Shown here one piece after another: positions 27,480 to 38,934 of a stretch of DNA of 64,000 nt. The notes below the pieces were generated by a model. That model saw only the letters and a program-made list of their open reading frames with translations, was not told where the DNA came from and made no database searches. Each line of letters begins with the position of its first letter. Within the stretch, counting starts at the first letter, position 1. A program made the translations under genes and the position numbers. Origin of the DNA: Octopus sinensis (Eukaryota); assembly GCF_006345805.1 (NCBI RefSeq), contig NW_021835690.1:124001-188000 (forward strand), given 5' to 3'.

Positions 27480-27566
<87 letters not shown>

Positions 27567-27603
27567 GTAGATAGATAGATGACAGACAGACAGACAGACA
27601 GAC

Positions 27604-27663
<60 letters not shown>

Positions 27664-27710
27664 GACAGACAGACAGACAGGCAGACAGGCAGACAGACAG
27701 ACAGGAGGTG
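27480..27710. repeat. (GACA)n/(GATA)n microsatellite
   Basis: Directly visible. Confidence 0.95.
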
Positions 27711-27904
27711 GGCGATTGGTTAAAATTGCCGAAATGCTCGAAATCAAAGAAAAAAATGATGTTTTATAAACACATTCTACCAGTATACGAAATTTAAAAG
27801 TGTTTAGTTACCTAGAAATTGTGTTGAAAACTGCCGTTCAAAAGGAAAAGATCCCATTACACTGTAATTTCTTCTACAATGACAATACACAAAGATTGTT
27901 TCAC

Positions 27905-28165
27905 CTTTTACTTGTTTCGGTCATTTGACTGCGGCCATGCTGGAGCACCGCCTTTAGTCGAACAACTTGACGCCAAAGCCTAGTGTTTATTCTATCGGTC
28001 TCTTTTGCCGAACCGCTATGTTTCGGGGACGTAAACACACCAGCATCAGTTGTCAACGATGTTGAAGGAACGATGGCGGGAGAACAAACACAGACACGCG
28101 CGCGCACACACACATACACACACACACACACAGACTTACGCACATACACATACACACACATATAT

Positions 28166-28256
<91 letters not shown>

Positions 28257-28683
28257 CAACCTCAATATAATTGACAACTATAGGCAATAAAAATAACTAC
28301 TTTTGACCATAGGCTGAAACAGCTGTAAGGAGTGATTTTAGTGATTTACATAATTTATATTATGATTTTTATAATTTGTATTCTTATCTTATATGTATTG
28401 AATTATAATGTATATATGTATGCTATTAAGGTTCTCATTTTGTTAAATGAATAAATAATCCAACATTCTAATATCCAAAAGCTGATGAACAAACTAAATT
28501 GTTTCTCCATTTTCTTATTTGTATTATATATATATACGACGAGCTTCTTTCAGTTTCCTTCTACCAAATCCACTCACAAGGCTTTGGTCGGCCCGAGGTT
28601 ATAGTAGAAGACAGGGCTACGCAGTGGGACTGAACCTGGAACTATATAGTTGAGAAGCAAGCTTCTTACCACACAGCCACACC
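27905..28683 (-). mobile_element. SINE family C split by a ~270-bp insert in its internal microsatellite
   Basis: 3' half at 27905-28160 and 5' half at 28533-28683. The insert contains GAAACAGCTGTAAGG, a hammerhead 3' half. Confidence 0.7.
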
Positions 28684-30149
28684 TCTATGGCTTGTTATGC
28701 TTGACGAAATTTCCACATTACTGCATAATGTTTTGTTTGTTTGTTTTTGTTCTGTGTTGTTTTTTCATAAAATACTTGGCAATCGCCGGGCACCACGGCT
28801 AATTGATAAGCGAAACGTCAATATTTTGGTTTAATACGACATTAAATTATTTTTCTCATATTTTTTTTATCAGTTTCGTTTTCTTTACAGATTTTGTTTT
28901 TATTTTTTTATAATCAATTACTTATTTACACTCGTTGCTCAACCAATTTTCGAGACAGTTATCTTAACTGGGCCTTTATCCAAATCGTTAACCATTAAAT
29001 AATTCTACTCAAACAATTTATTTCTTGATATAAGCTATTTCGTCTTGATTAAAGCTTTCATATACGTTGCAATTGGTGCCGAATTACAAGTAGCTACCTA
29101 ATAAAAGTGCCAACCAGAAGCTATTTGCCAGAAAGGCGAAAACAAAAATAAAGAACATCAATATTCATTTGTTACGCTATGCTTCTCTCAAACGACATAC
29201 ACATACACAAACACACCATTCCCTAACGCACACATTAATTAATTTAAACATATAAGAACAGATACATACTGCAACACAAATACGTATAGTTATTTTTTTA
29301 TTATTATTACTATTTTTGAATGTTCGACAAACTCTCGACTGACATGTAAAATCGATATGGTTATCTGTATAAGGAAATTAATATATTCATCTGCAGAAAT
29401 ATGTGAGTTGCAGATAGCTCAGTCAAAAGAATCGCAGACGATAATTAATATAGAATTATTGTTTTTCTCTAGTGTTTTAATACCAAGACACTACTTTTTA
29501 ACACTGAGCATACAAATCGTGTTGCAGTTACCAAGATGTAACACACTTTACTGCATTAATCAGTTGCGGTGCTTTAAAATGGAACTTTGGTTCTGATTTC
29601 ACATACTTTTGCAGATTATATTCAGCAGATGTCTTCAATTAATAAAGATATACCGCAGTATTCTTTGATACTCGCCACAATACACTTCCTTCTAAATGGA
29701 ACAGACTTCGATTTTATTATATTAATATATGACCTATAACCCATATTTTTGCTGTAATATTTGAAGAACTTCACTTGTCGATGACTGAAGTTGCCTTGCC
29801 TTCAATTCCGTTTGGGTTTTGTCTGGTTGATTCATAGATATATCAGAATTTTTCAGTTTACAGAACTCGACAAACAAGAGCGATTAGTCTTTAGGTGAGT
29901 AGATAATGTTCATATGCTCTTAGCCCGACTACACGTTATCCAATACGCTTTTATATAGTTACGTATGAGACAGAAATAGTTATGTCTAAAGTTTAAGGTC
30001 CTCACACAATCTGCTTACGAAATTTTATTGAAATCCTGTTACTTATGATCAAAACATCTCATTTTTAGAGAGAACAGCTTTTTAGAAAATATGCCAAAGA
30101 GTAATAACTTGATTCGTCTTTGTAGTTGTAACAATTATTCATATGCGTG

Positions 30150-30229
<80 letters not shown>

Positions 30230-30300
30230 ATATACCGGAGTAATCACATAAATGTGAAACAAGGTGGAAAAAAGAGTACTCAAATACCAGTGGTAGAGTA

Positions 30301-30497
30301 ATATGCTTTATTTAAAGCAGCAGAAAATTCAACAAAACCTGTTACTCTGAGTTTCACGTTTCCGTTCGTTGCACAGTTTTTGCTAGAATAGAACCGATAT
30401 CGGTTCTATTCTAGCAAAAACTGTCCGACGAACGGAAACGTGAAACTCAGAGTAACAGGGTTTTGTTGAATTTTCTGCTGCTTTAAATAAAGCATAT
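30301..30497. repeat. Near-perfect palindrome (PLE terminal repeat) between two (TA)n tracts
   Basis: Centre …gaaccgat|atcggttc… at 30398/30399; arms about 98 nt; no loop. Confidence 0.93.
30421..30458 (+). ncRNA. Minimal hammerhead-like ribozyme, U4C core (38 nt)
   Basis: CTGT|CCGACGA|ACG-GAAA-CGT|GAAA|CTC-A-GAG|TA|ACAG; cleavage triplet GUA. Confidence 0.65.
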
Positions 30498-30555
30498 ATA
30501 TATATATATAATATATATTATATATATTATATATATATATTATATATGTTTATAT

Positions 30556-30639
<84 letters not shown>

Positions 30640-30721
30640 TTATCTGTATAAGGAAATAAATATATTCATCTGCAGAAATATGAGTTGCAGATAGCTCAGT
30701 CAAAAAGAATCGCAGACGAGC

Positions 30722-30998
30722 GGAGGCGCAATGGCCCAATCGTTAGGGCAGCGGACTCGCGGCCGTAGAATCACGGTTTCGATTCCCAGACCGGGCGTTG
30801 TGAGTGTTTATTGAGCAAAAACACCTAAATCTCCACGAGGCTCCAGCAGGTCCCTGCTGTACTCTTTCGCCACAACTTTCTCTCACTCTTTCTTCTGTTG
30901 GCCTGCTCGCTTAGCCAGTGGGGTGGTGTCATTTGGAGGCTAAAACAATGCGAAGCGCATTGTGACCAGCGATGTGTCGGTCACGGTGATCACGGTGA
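30722..30998 (+). mobile_element. SINE family A
   Basis: Homologous to 8770-9076, with small deletions. Confidence 0.88.
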
Positions 30999-31601
30999 TA
31001 TATATATATATATTGTGTGTGTGTGTGTGTGTGTGTGTGCATGCGTGTATGTATGTATGTATGCATGAATGTGTGTATTTGTATATATATACTTACATGT
31101 ATATAGTTAGGGATGTATATTATACACAGAGCATAATAAGAATTTTAATAAATGGCAAGAGAAAATGGATTGCGTAATCAACTTCATTGGCTTGCAGTTG
31201 TTTCTGCATTGCGAGTGCACCTCCAGGAAGCTATAAGGTGGATGCTCTCTACTCGACCACCGCTTTGTGTTGAAGCATTTTTTTATTGAGTTGTTATTGT
31301 TGCTATGTCTAAGCTCTCCTCTCTGGACGTTTTCCTATTTCCGACGAAGAGCCACGCTCGAAACGTCATTTCCGCACCTATTCTCCGTTCAAAATTTTCA
31401 TTGAGCGTCAATCTAATATTTTTACTGTGTACGTTTTATTTCACGTCTGTTGTTTTTTCCTGGTTTCATTTTTGATTGAATGTGTGTATACGCACACATA
31501 TATATACACACACACACACACACACTCACACACGCACACACACTCACATACACACATGCACACCCACAAGCACACATATATATATGTATGTGTGTGTATA
31601 T

Positions 31602-31644
<43 letters not shown>

Positions 31645-31669
31645 ATTACTCATAGTTTCATGTGCTGAG

Positions 31670-31958
31670 AACATGCTAAACAGTGTTTTGTGACACGTCT
31701 GACATCTTGGCACCGTCATCAGGCACAGTTACCAGGCACAGACTACGGAGCAAAACGAACTGAAAATGGAATGAGAGAAGAAACGAGAAAAGGCGAGAAC
31801 GAATTATATAGAAAAAGTGGGAGATTGAAAAACCGGAAACCGAAAAAGTAATCAGCATGAAGCAAAAGGGGGGGGTATTATCTCCCTTAGACCGTAAATC
31901 ATAAGGCTGAAAAATATATACACGGTGTTGTGGTGTGTGTGTGTATATATATATATAT

Positions 31959-31996
<38 letters not shown>

Positions 31997-32416
31997 TATA
32001 TATCAAAATGAGGTGAAAAAATTGGATATTAATTTAATAACATCAATTTAAACACCAGTGGCTTAGCACATAAAAAACTGAGATTCAGTAAATATTATTA
32101 ATACACAAATATGAGAGAGAATCCACTATGTGGACGCTCTAACGCTAAAGATAGATCCGCAAGGGTCTCAACCACTAAGAATTGTATTTTATGACGAATC
32201 TCACTGATGAGCTGAGGATTTATTGTGTAAGTAAAATTGCATAATTTATTAACAGTGAAACAATTCTTTGGGGTTAATCTATATTTTTGTTATTTTTCAT
32301 TTGTCCTGCTCGCATAGTTGTGCTAATTTTTCTTGAGAACAATTCTTAGTGGTTGAGAACCTTGCGAATCTATCTCTAGCGTAAGAGTATCCACATAGTG
32401 GATTCTCTCTCATATT

Positions 32417-32476
<60 letters not shown>

Positions 32477-32970
32477 AGCAAGTGACCTATAACATCTTTT
32501 CAAAGTGTAGGGAGGCGTTCAACAACTAACTATGTGGTATTTTCTCCCTCCACTTTGAAGGGAAGTTATAGACCACCGGCCATTCGGGTCTGAAAAGACG
32601 CCGTAAAACTAAGCGCATTATGGACCTGAAACCCAGAGTAACCCCATAGAACGGCCATAACTATCTTTATCTAATTACTCTACTGCTTCTCATTTGGACA
32701 TGTTTTTATGTGCTGCTGTTAGTTTCATGTGCAGAGAACATGCCAAAGAACGTTTTATAATACGTCTGACATCTCGGCTCAATCATCAGGCACAGTCCAC
32801 GTTGCATAACGAACTAAAAATATAACGATGGGGAAAACGAGAAAAAACGAGAACGAAGTATATAGAAAAAATGGAAGATTAAAAATTTGGAAAACGAAAA
32901 AGTAATCAAAAAGATGCCAAAGGTAGGAAAGAGTTATCCCCGTAGACCGTAAATTATAAGGCTGAAAAAA
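31670..32970 (-). repeat. Direct-repeat pair 31670-31910 and 32710-32970 (PLE pseudo-LTR-like)
   Basis: Shared tagtttcatgtgc.gagaacatgc…tcatcaggcacagt…agaccgtaaat.ataaggctgaaaaa. The adjacent 32975-33150 minus strand weakly resembles a GIY-YIG C-terminus. Confidence 0.7.
32104..32420. repeat. Foldback element, arms 32104-32185 and 32339-32420, with a decayed hammerhead core in the loop
   Basis: Arms are directly visible. The loop has CTGATGA (32204), GCTG…CAGT and GAAA (32257), but stems I and III are imperfect. Confidence 0.85.
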
Positions 32971-33688
32971 TAGTGGATTAGAGCTGCTTAGTTGGAAGAG
33001 CTCAGATCCTTTTCAGAACTAAGATCACTAAGTCACTGCTGGACTCTATAGTAGATCTGAATTTTTCAGCAGTTGTAAGCATATGCCTAAGTTTCTGTTG
33101 AAGAATTGGGAACTTCTTCTTCTACCTGATTAATATTTGTACCCTAAACTCTAAACTACTATTTCTCCATTGGGTGTACATAATTTAGTGAAAGTGACTT
33201 GTATCAAAAAATTTGTTTATTGTTTCAGAATCAAATTTCATTCGATACTGTGAAATTGTTTTATTAGAAGAAACAAATACGATGATACATTTGAGATTGG
33301 ATGCTCGGTTGATTGTCTTTGTTTTCGATTGATTATTCAGAAACTGCATCAAGTAGATTTTTTTTTTGTGTTATTGTTTCCCATACTCTTGTATTTATGC
33401 GATTTATGTTCGCTGCTCAGTCCTAACTGTAACTCATTCTACACGGTTAACATCGCGCTATTCAGTTTTGTGATTGCTTTTGCTGAGTGTTATTCTATTT
33501 CGTCATCGGTATTGTTATGGCTGTTGGCGCTATTGTTGTAGAAGACTATTATTATGAAAATAAGAAAAATCAAAACCGATAGTGAAAGATATTTGCAATA
33601 TTTTTTTAACTACAACACTGTCGTACACACACACAAACACACAAATACATATATATACATATATATATATACACACATATATATATAT

Positions 33689-33915
33689 ACTTTATTTCAC
33701 GTTGCTCCAGTTCACTCAGCTGTAGAAATGAGTTGCGACGTCACAGGTGCCAAGCTGTATCGACCTTGGATAACACTGGTGGCGTGGAGAGGGGAGGCCG
33801 GTATGCATGGGCGACTACTGGTCTTCCATAAAAAAAAACAACCTTGCCCAGACTTGTGCCTCAGAGGGTAACTCTCTAGGTGCAAACCCATGGTCACTCA
33901 TGACCGAAGGGGGTC
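33689..33915 (+). mobile_element. SINE fragment: family B centre with a third tail type
   Basis: actttatttcacgttgctccagttcactcagctg, then a tail unlike that of 55562. Confidence 0.7.
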
Positions 33916-33944
33916 TTTACCCCTTTTATATATAATATACCGGA

Positions 33945-34140
33945 GTAAACACATAAATGCGAAACAAGGTGGGAAAAAGAGTACTCAAATACCAGAGGTA
34001 TTTAAAAGCAGCAGAAATTTAGCAAAAGCTGTTACTCAGAGTTTCACGTTCCCGTTCGTCGGACAGTTTTGTTAAAAAAAAGGGGAACGTGAAACTCCGA
34101 GTAACAGCTTTTGTTAAATTTCTACTGCTTTTAAATAAAG
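33945..34140. repeat. Foldback PLE terminal repeat; sister of 30235-30497
   Basis: taccggagta.acacataaatg.gaaacaaggtgg start; arms 33999-34053 and 34083-34137. Confidence 0.88.
34029..34066 (-). ncRNA. Minimal hammerhead-like ribozyme, U4C core (38 nt)
   Basis: Minus strand CTGT|CCGACGA|ACG-GGAA-CGT|GAAA|CTC-T-GAG|TA|ACAG. Confidence 0.65.
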
Positions 34141-34154
34141 TATATATATAAGCA

Positions 34155-34274
34155 CTCTCAGACAGACAGACATACAGACAGACAGGAAGGCAGACAGACA
34201 GGAAGGCAGACAGACAGACAGGTAGGTAGGTAGGTAGGTAGGTAGGTAGGTAGGTAGGTATGCAGGTAGTTAGG

Positions 34275-34365
<91 letters not shown>
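34155..34365. repeat. (GACA)/(GGTA)/(GATA) compound microsatellite
   Basis: Directly visible. Confidence 0.95.
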
Positions 34366-35235
34366 CCGGTTTTCCTCTGGGGCCAGATATGTAAAAAATA
34401 TGTGCGTTGAATTCAAATCATTTTTATTTTTGGGGAATATCTCTAGACTGGGTTGAACAACTCTTTTGGATAGAAAAAAAAACGAATGGATGCTCGTAGG
34501 ACTCGAACCCACATCTCCTGTGTGTGATTCGGGATATTCCAAATAAGAATTACTCCCGTTCTCTCGAAAGTTTACAAATTCTTATGACGTCAGCTACATA
34601 TAATTCTCGCTGATAAGAATAAAGTTTCTAAAATGGATGCAGCCATCAGAAGGGTTTCTTTGATACAGTGCTAGGCCTCCTGTTATGACTACAGCAGATG
34701 CGGGTTCGTGTTCAGCGAGCTTCCTTCGATTTTTCTTTCTGTCCAATATTTACATGCTATTATTTATAGCTTTATGTCTGTGCTTCAAGATATTTCTCTC
34801 TTGACATTAAATTATTTAATTTATTGCAAGTGTTTTTGTTTTGTTTTTTTTGTGGGTGGGGTGATGCTTTTTGGATATAATTTTATTTACATATATTCTC
34901 ATTGCAACGTAGATAAATGCCTAAAGTTGAATTTTCCCATATTTTTATATTATATGACGCTGTATTTATTGAGAATGCTAATTTTGTGATTTAAGAACAC
35001 ACCATGTATTTTGCTTTACATATTTTCTTGCAATCTCCAACTGATACGCAATGCACAAAACGAAAACAATTCTATCAGAAATGTTTTATTCAACAAAGAG
35101 CTCAAGGGTGGTCGACATTTCTTTCTCTGTGGTTCTATATTCCGATAAAACGAAACACGTGATCATGCCACATGGTGTCGACCGTAAGAGAAGTTCAATC
35201 ATAACAACTGTAAAATAATATCCTTGTTAAGATAT

Positions 35236-35712
35236 ACTCTTTACTCTTTTACTTGTTTCAGTCATTTGACTGTGGCCATGCTGGAGCACCGCCTCTAGTC
35301 GAGTAAATCGCCCCCAGGACTTGTAAGCCTAGTACTTATTCTATCGGTCTCTTTTGCCGAAACGCTAAGTTACGGGGACATACACACACCAGCATCGGTT
35401 GTCAAGCGATGTTGGGGAGACAAACACAGACACACAAACACACACACAAACACACACAACACACACACACACCACACACACACACACACACAACACACAC
35501 CACACATATATATATATATATTATATATATATATATATACATATATACGACGGACTTCTTTCAGTTTCCATCTACCAAATCCACTCAGAGGGCTTTGGTC
35601 GGCCCAAGGCTATAGTAGAAGACACTTGCCCAAGATACCACGCAGTAGGACTGAACCCGGAACCATGTGGCTCGTAAGTAAGCTACTTACCACACAGCCA
35701 CTCCTACGCCTA
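35236..35712 (-). mobile_element. SINE family C, full
   Basis: Both halves plus the internal (CA)/(TA) tract. Confidence 0.88.
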
Positions 35713-35749
35713 TGATGATCATAAAGAAAGAGAACAAGGCTTGTTGATA

Positions 35750-36740
35750 GTCATAAAGACTGTGGCACTTGAAAGGAACTGAGATAGAATATCTGATGGG
35801 ATGAAGAGAAGATGTGACGGGGAAACATCTCCATTTTCGAAACCATTCATAATGGTGCATAAACGTTTTTACAGCTGTTGTTGCGCCATTAGAAAATATT
35901 GGTACATATTGGTGCATCCAACACATAAGGTGGGGGTGGAGGCGCAATGGCCCAGTGGTTAGGGCAGCGGACTCGCGGTCATAGGATCGCGGTTTCGATT
36001 CCCAGACCGGGCGTTGTGAGTGTTTATTGAGCGAAAACACCTAAAAAGCTCCACGTGGCTCCGGCAGGGGATGGTGGTGATCCCTGCTGTACTCTTTCAC
36101 CACAACTTTCTCTCACTCTTACTTCCTGTTTCTGTTGTACCTGTATTTTCAAAGGGCCGGCTTTGTCACTCTCTGTGTCACGCTGAACATCCCCGAGAAC
36201 TACGTTAAGAGTACACGTGTCTGTGGAGTGCTCAGCCACTTACACGTTAATTTCACGAGCAGGCTGTTCAGTTGATTCGGATCAACCGGAACCCTCGTCG
36301 TCGTAACCGACGGAGTGCTTCCATCCACATAAGGGGGTCCTACTTTCACGTGCTGGTTGTAAGAAGAGACCCCGGTTGACTGACGTGAATTGATAAACTC
36401 TGATGGATAGTTTGGTAGGTTCGTTAACATCAGCTGCTGGATATGGATAATACTCTCTGTATTTGGTTGACAAATGTTGACTGGTGTGTGTGCATTTGTA
36501 GTCTGGACAATATCATTGTTGGAAGCTAAGATGCTTCGTTCAGAGACCCACTCATGATTCCCATAATTCTGTAAGAGGCTAGGACATTTCTTGAGATGTT
36601 TTGATAACTGCTCCACAATCTTTTCAAAGGTGGAGTATTATGATATTTCCACTAACAGTGTCAACTTGTAGCTGATCATTGGCCCAAATTGAAGAACACT
36701 TTTGCAAACTGGGCTACTGAGGCATCTCTATAAGTGCAGC
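35750..36740 (-). mobile_element. Helitron PIF1-helicase remnant split by a SINE
   Basis: NYGNHEWVSERSILASNNDIV…NYPSEFINS…KVGP, continuing after the SINE as …IFSNGATTAVK…. Confidence 0.8.
35938..36323 (+). mobile_element. Chimeric SINE: family A head and centre with a family B tail
   Basis: Switch point about 36120-36132; TSD core cacataagg at 35922-35930 and 36326-36334. Confidence 0.88.
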
Positions 36741-36744
36741 TCTC

Positions 36745-36779
<35 letters not shown>

Positions 36780-36783
<4 letters not shown>

Positions 36784-37182
36784 CGTATTTTTGCCATGTC
36801 AATATGGCTAACCCCTAAGGGTGGATGCTACTGTAGTTTTTAGCCCCAGGAGGACACACTCCTCTCTGGCCATAGACACTCCTATCTGTGTCCTGTCAGT
36901 ATTTGCAAAGGGAAGTCATCCTTCCCGTCTTCAACTTATGATACACACGGACCCGAGTTTCGAGGTATTGACCTCTCGTCAGCGTGTGACAATCATAGTT
37001 GTCGCCGAGAATTAGATTTCCTTCACAAATACTTATACTTTTTCCAGCGCCCACTGTCGCTGATATTGAAAAAGTGAAATCAAACAATGATAAATATCAA
37101 AGTGAGTTATATACAGTAGCGGTAACACATCGTGACGTATTTTTGCCATTTCAATATGGCTAACCCCTAAGGGTGGATGCTA

Positions 37183-37186
<4 letters not shown>
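36780..37186 (-). mobile_element. PLE terminal-repeat unit with partial tandem repeat, inserted in (TA)n
   Basis: The ~55-bp direct repeat gtgacgtatttttgccat…ggatgctactgta occurs at 36780 and 37131; canonical hammerhead inside. Confidence 0.8.
36944..36988 (-). ncRNA. Canonical minimal type I hammerhead ribozyme
   Basis: CACACG|CTGACGA|GAGG-TCAATA-CCTC|GAAA|CTCGGG|TC|CGTGTG; all core nucleotides intact; predicted cut after GUC, between 36950 and 36949. Confidence 0.85.
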
Positions 37187-37225
<39 letters not shown>

Positions 37226-37285
37226 TATATGTAAATATATATATATATATATGTATGTATGTATGTTATATATAATATATGTGTG

Positions 37286-37316
<31 letters not shown>

Positions 37317-37859
37317 TACGGCGAGCTTCTTTCAGTTTCCGTCTACCAAATCCACTCACAAGGCTTTGGTCATCTCGAGCTGTAGTTGAGGACACTTCCC
37401 CAAGGTGCAACACATTGGGTACTAAACTCGTAACCATATAGTTGAGAAACAGGCTTATTATTTCTTTATTGCCCACAGGGGGCTAAACATAGAGGGGAAA
37501 AACAAGGACAGACAAAGGGATTAAGTCGATTACATCGACCGCAGTGGGTAACTGGTACTTAGTTTACCGACCTCGTATTTTCTTTCTCGTCTGCAAAGAT
37601 AGCTTTCTTTGAAGCATGATGCTAATTCTTCAGCAGAGGTATCACTGGAATGACTGACAGAGTTGCCTAAAACAGAGAAAGCCTCCTGTAACACAACGGG
37701 TAAGAATAGGGTTAATTCTTAATTCTTGCGTTACCTCTTAGATATAATTAGTGCTATTATATATAATCTTATGTGTGTACCTCGAGAAGTTCAACGAACA
37801 TCTTTTTACATATTCGACCCCCAAGGAAACACCGGTTATTTCTGCCGGCGTTTGAGTAG

Positions 37860-38054
37860 TATCCATCCATCCATTCTATCTATCTGTCTATCTATCTATC
37901 TATCAATCTATCTGTTTATCTATCTGTCTATCTATCTGTCTGTCCGTCTGTCTATGTATCTATCTGTCTATCTGTCTATCTATCTATCTGTCTATCTGTC
38001 AGTCTATCTATCTATCTGTCTATATGTATGTCTGTCTATCTGTCTATCTTTCTA

Positions 38055-38101
<47 letters not shown>

Positions 38102-38181
38102 GTCTGTCTGTGTGTCTGTCTATCTATCTGTCTGTCTGTCTGTCTATCTTATTATTATTATTATTATTGTTGTTGTTGTTA

Positions 38182-38216
<35 letters not shown>

Positions 38217-38320
38217 GTTGTTGTTATTGTTATTATTATTATTATTATATTATTATTATTTTTTTATTATTATTATTAATTATCATCATCATCATCATAA
38301 TTATTATTATTTATATTATA
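37860..38320. repeat. (CTAT/CTGT)n plus (ATT/GTT)n compound microsatellite
   Basis: Directly visible. Confidence 0.95.
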
Positions 38321-38344
38321 TATAGTTATTCTATTTTTCATCTC

Positions 38345-38690
38345 TTACTTTTTACTTGTTTCAGACTGTGGCCATGCTGGGGCACCACCCGGAAGAATTT
38401 TGGTGGAATGAATCAACCATAGTACTTATTTTAAGCCCGGTTCTTATTCTCTCAAAACTCTTTTGCCGAACTGTTATGTTACAAGGGACGTAAACACAAC
38501 AACACCGGTTGTCAAGCAGTAGTGTGTGTGTGTGCGTGCGGGCGTGTGTATGTGTGTGGAGGGGGTCTGTGTTTACAAAATCCACTCACAAGGCCGAGGC
38601 TATTGTAGATGCCCCTCCCCCCAGGGGTCACGCGGTGGAGTCACGTAGTTTGGAAAGCGAACTCCTTACCACGCAGCCACGCCTGCGTCT
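38345..38690 (-). mobile_element. SINE family C, diverged
   Basis: Homologous to 56086-56490. Confidence 0.75.
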
Positions 38691-38934
38691 ATTTCCCCAG
38701 AATTATATTTACTGAGAGCATTGAACTCCAATTATTTAGACTAAATAAACATCAACAATAGCACGGTTCTCACTTCATAAAGTCTTACAGATGCCATGTG
38801 AACTGCTTCTTTGCCACGTTTGACTAACTTTTTTTTTTTAAATTGCTTGTACGCAAGGGAGATAACTTTTTACGCAGTCTAAAAACTGGGTTATTTCCCT
38901 TAGACCGTTTATTATTTATAATTATCTACGAATT

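Noticed and set aside
32179-32266. Type III hammerhead reading (GAATTGU-A … ACAATTC)
   Set aside because: Stem III pairs over 7 bp, but stem I does not pair next to the cleavage site; kept only as a decayed motif.
31690-32795. Minus-strand CTGATGA at 31716 and 32783 as hammerheads
   Set aside because: The GAAA motif reads AAGA or GAGA and stems I and II do not pair.
34478-34545. tRNA-like 3' half on the minus strand ending in CCA
   Set aside because: The T-arm is present but the 5' acceptor strand and D-arm are missing; at most a decayed tRNA-derived fragment.
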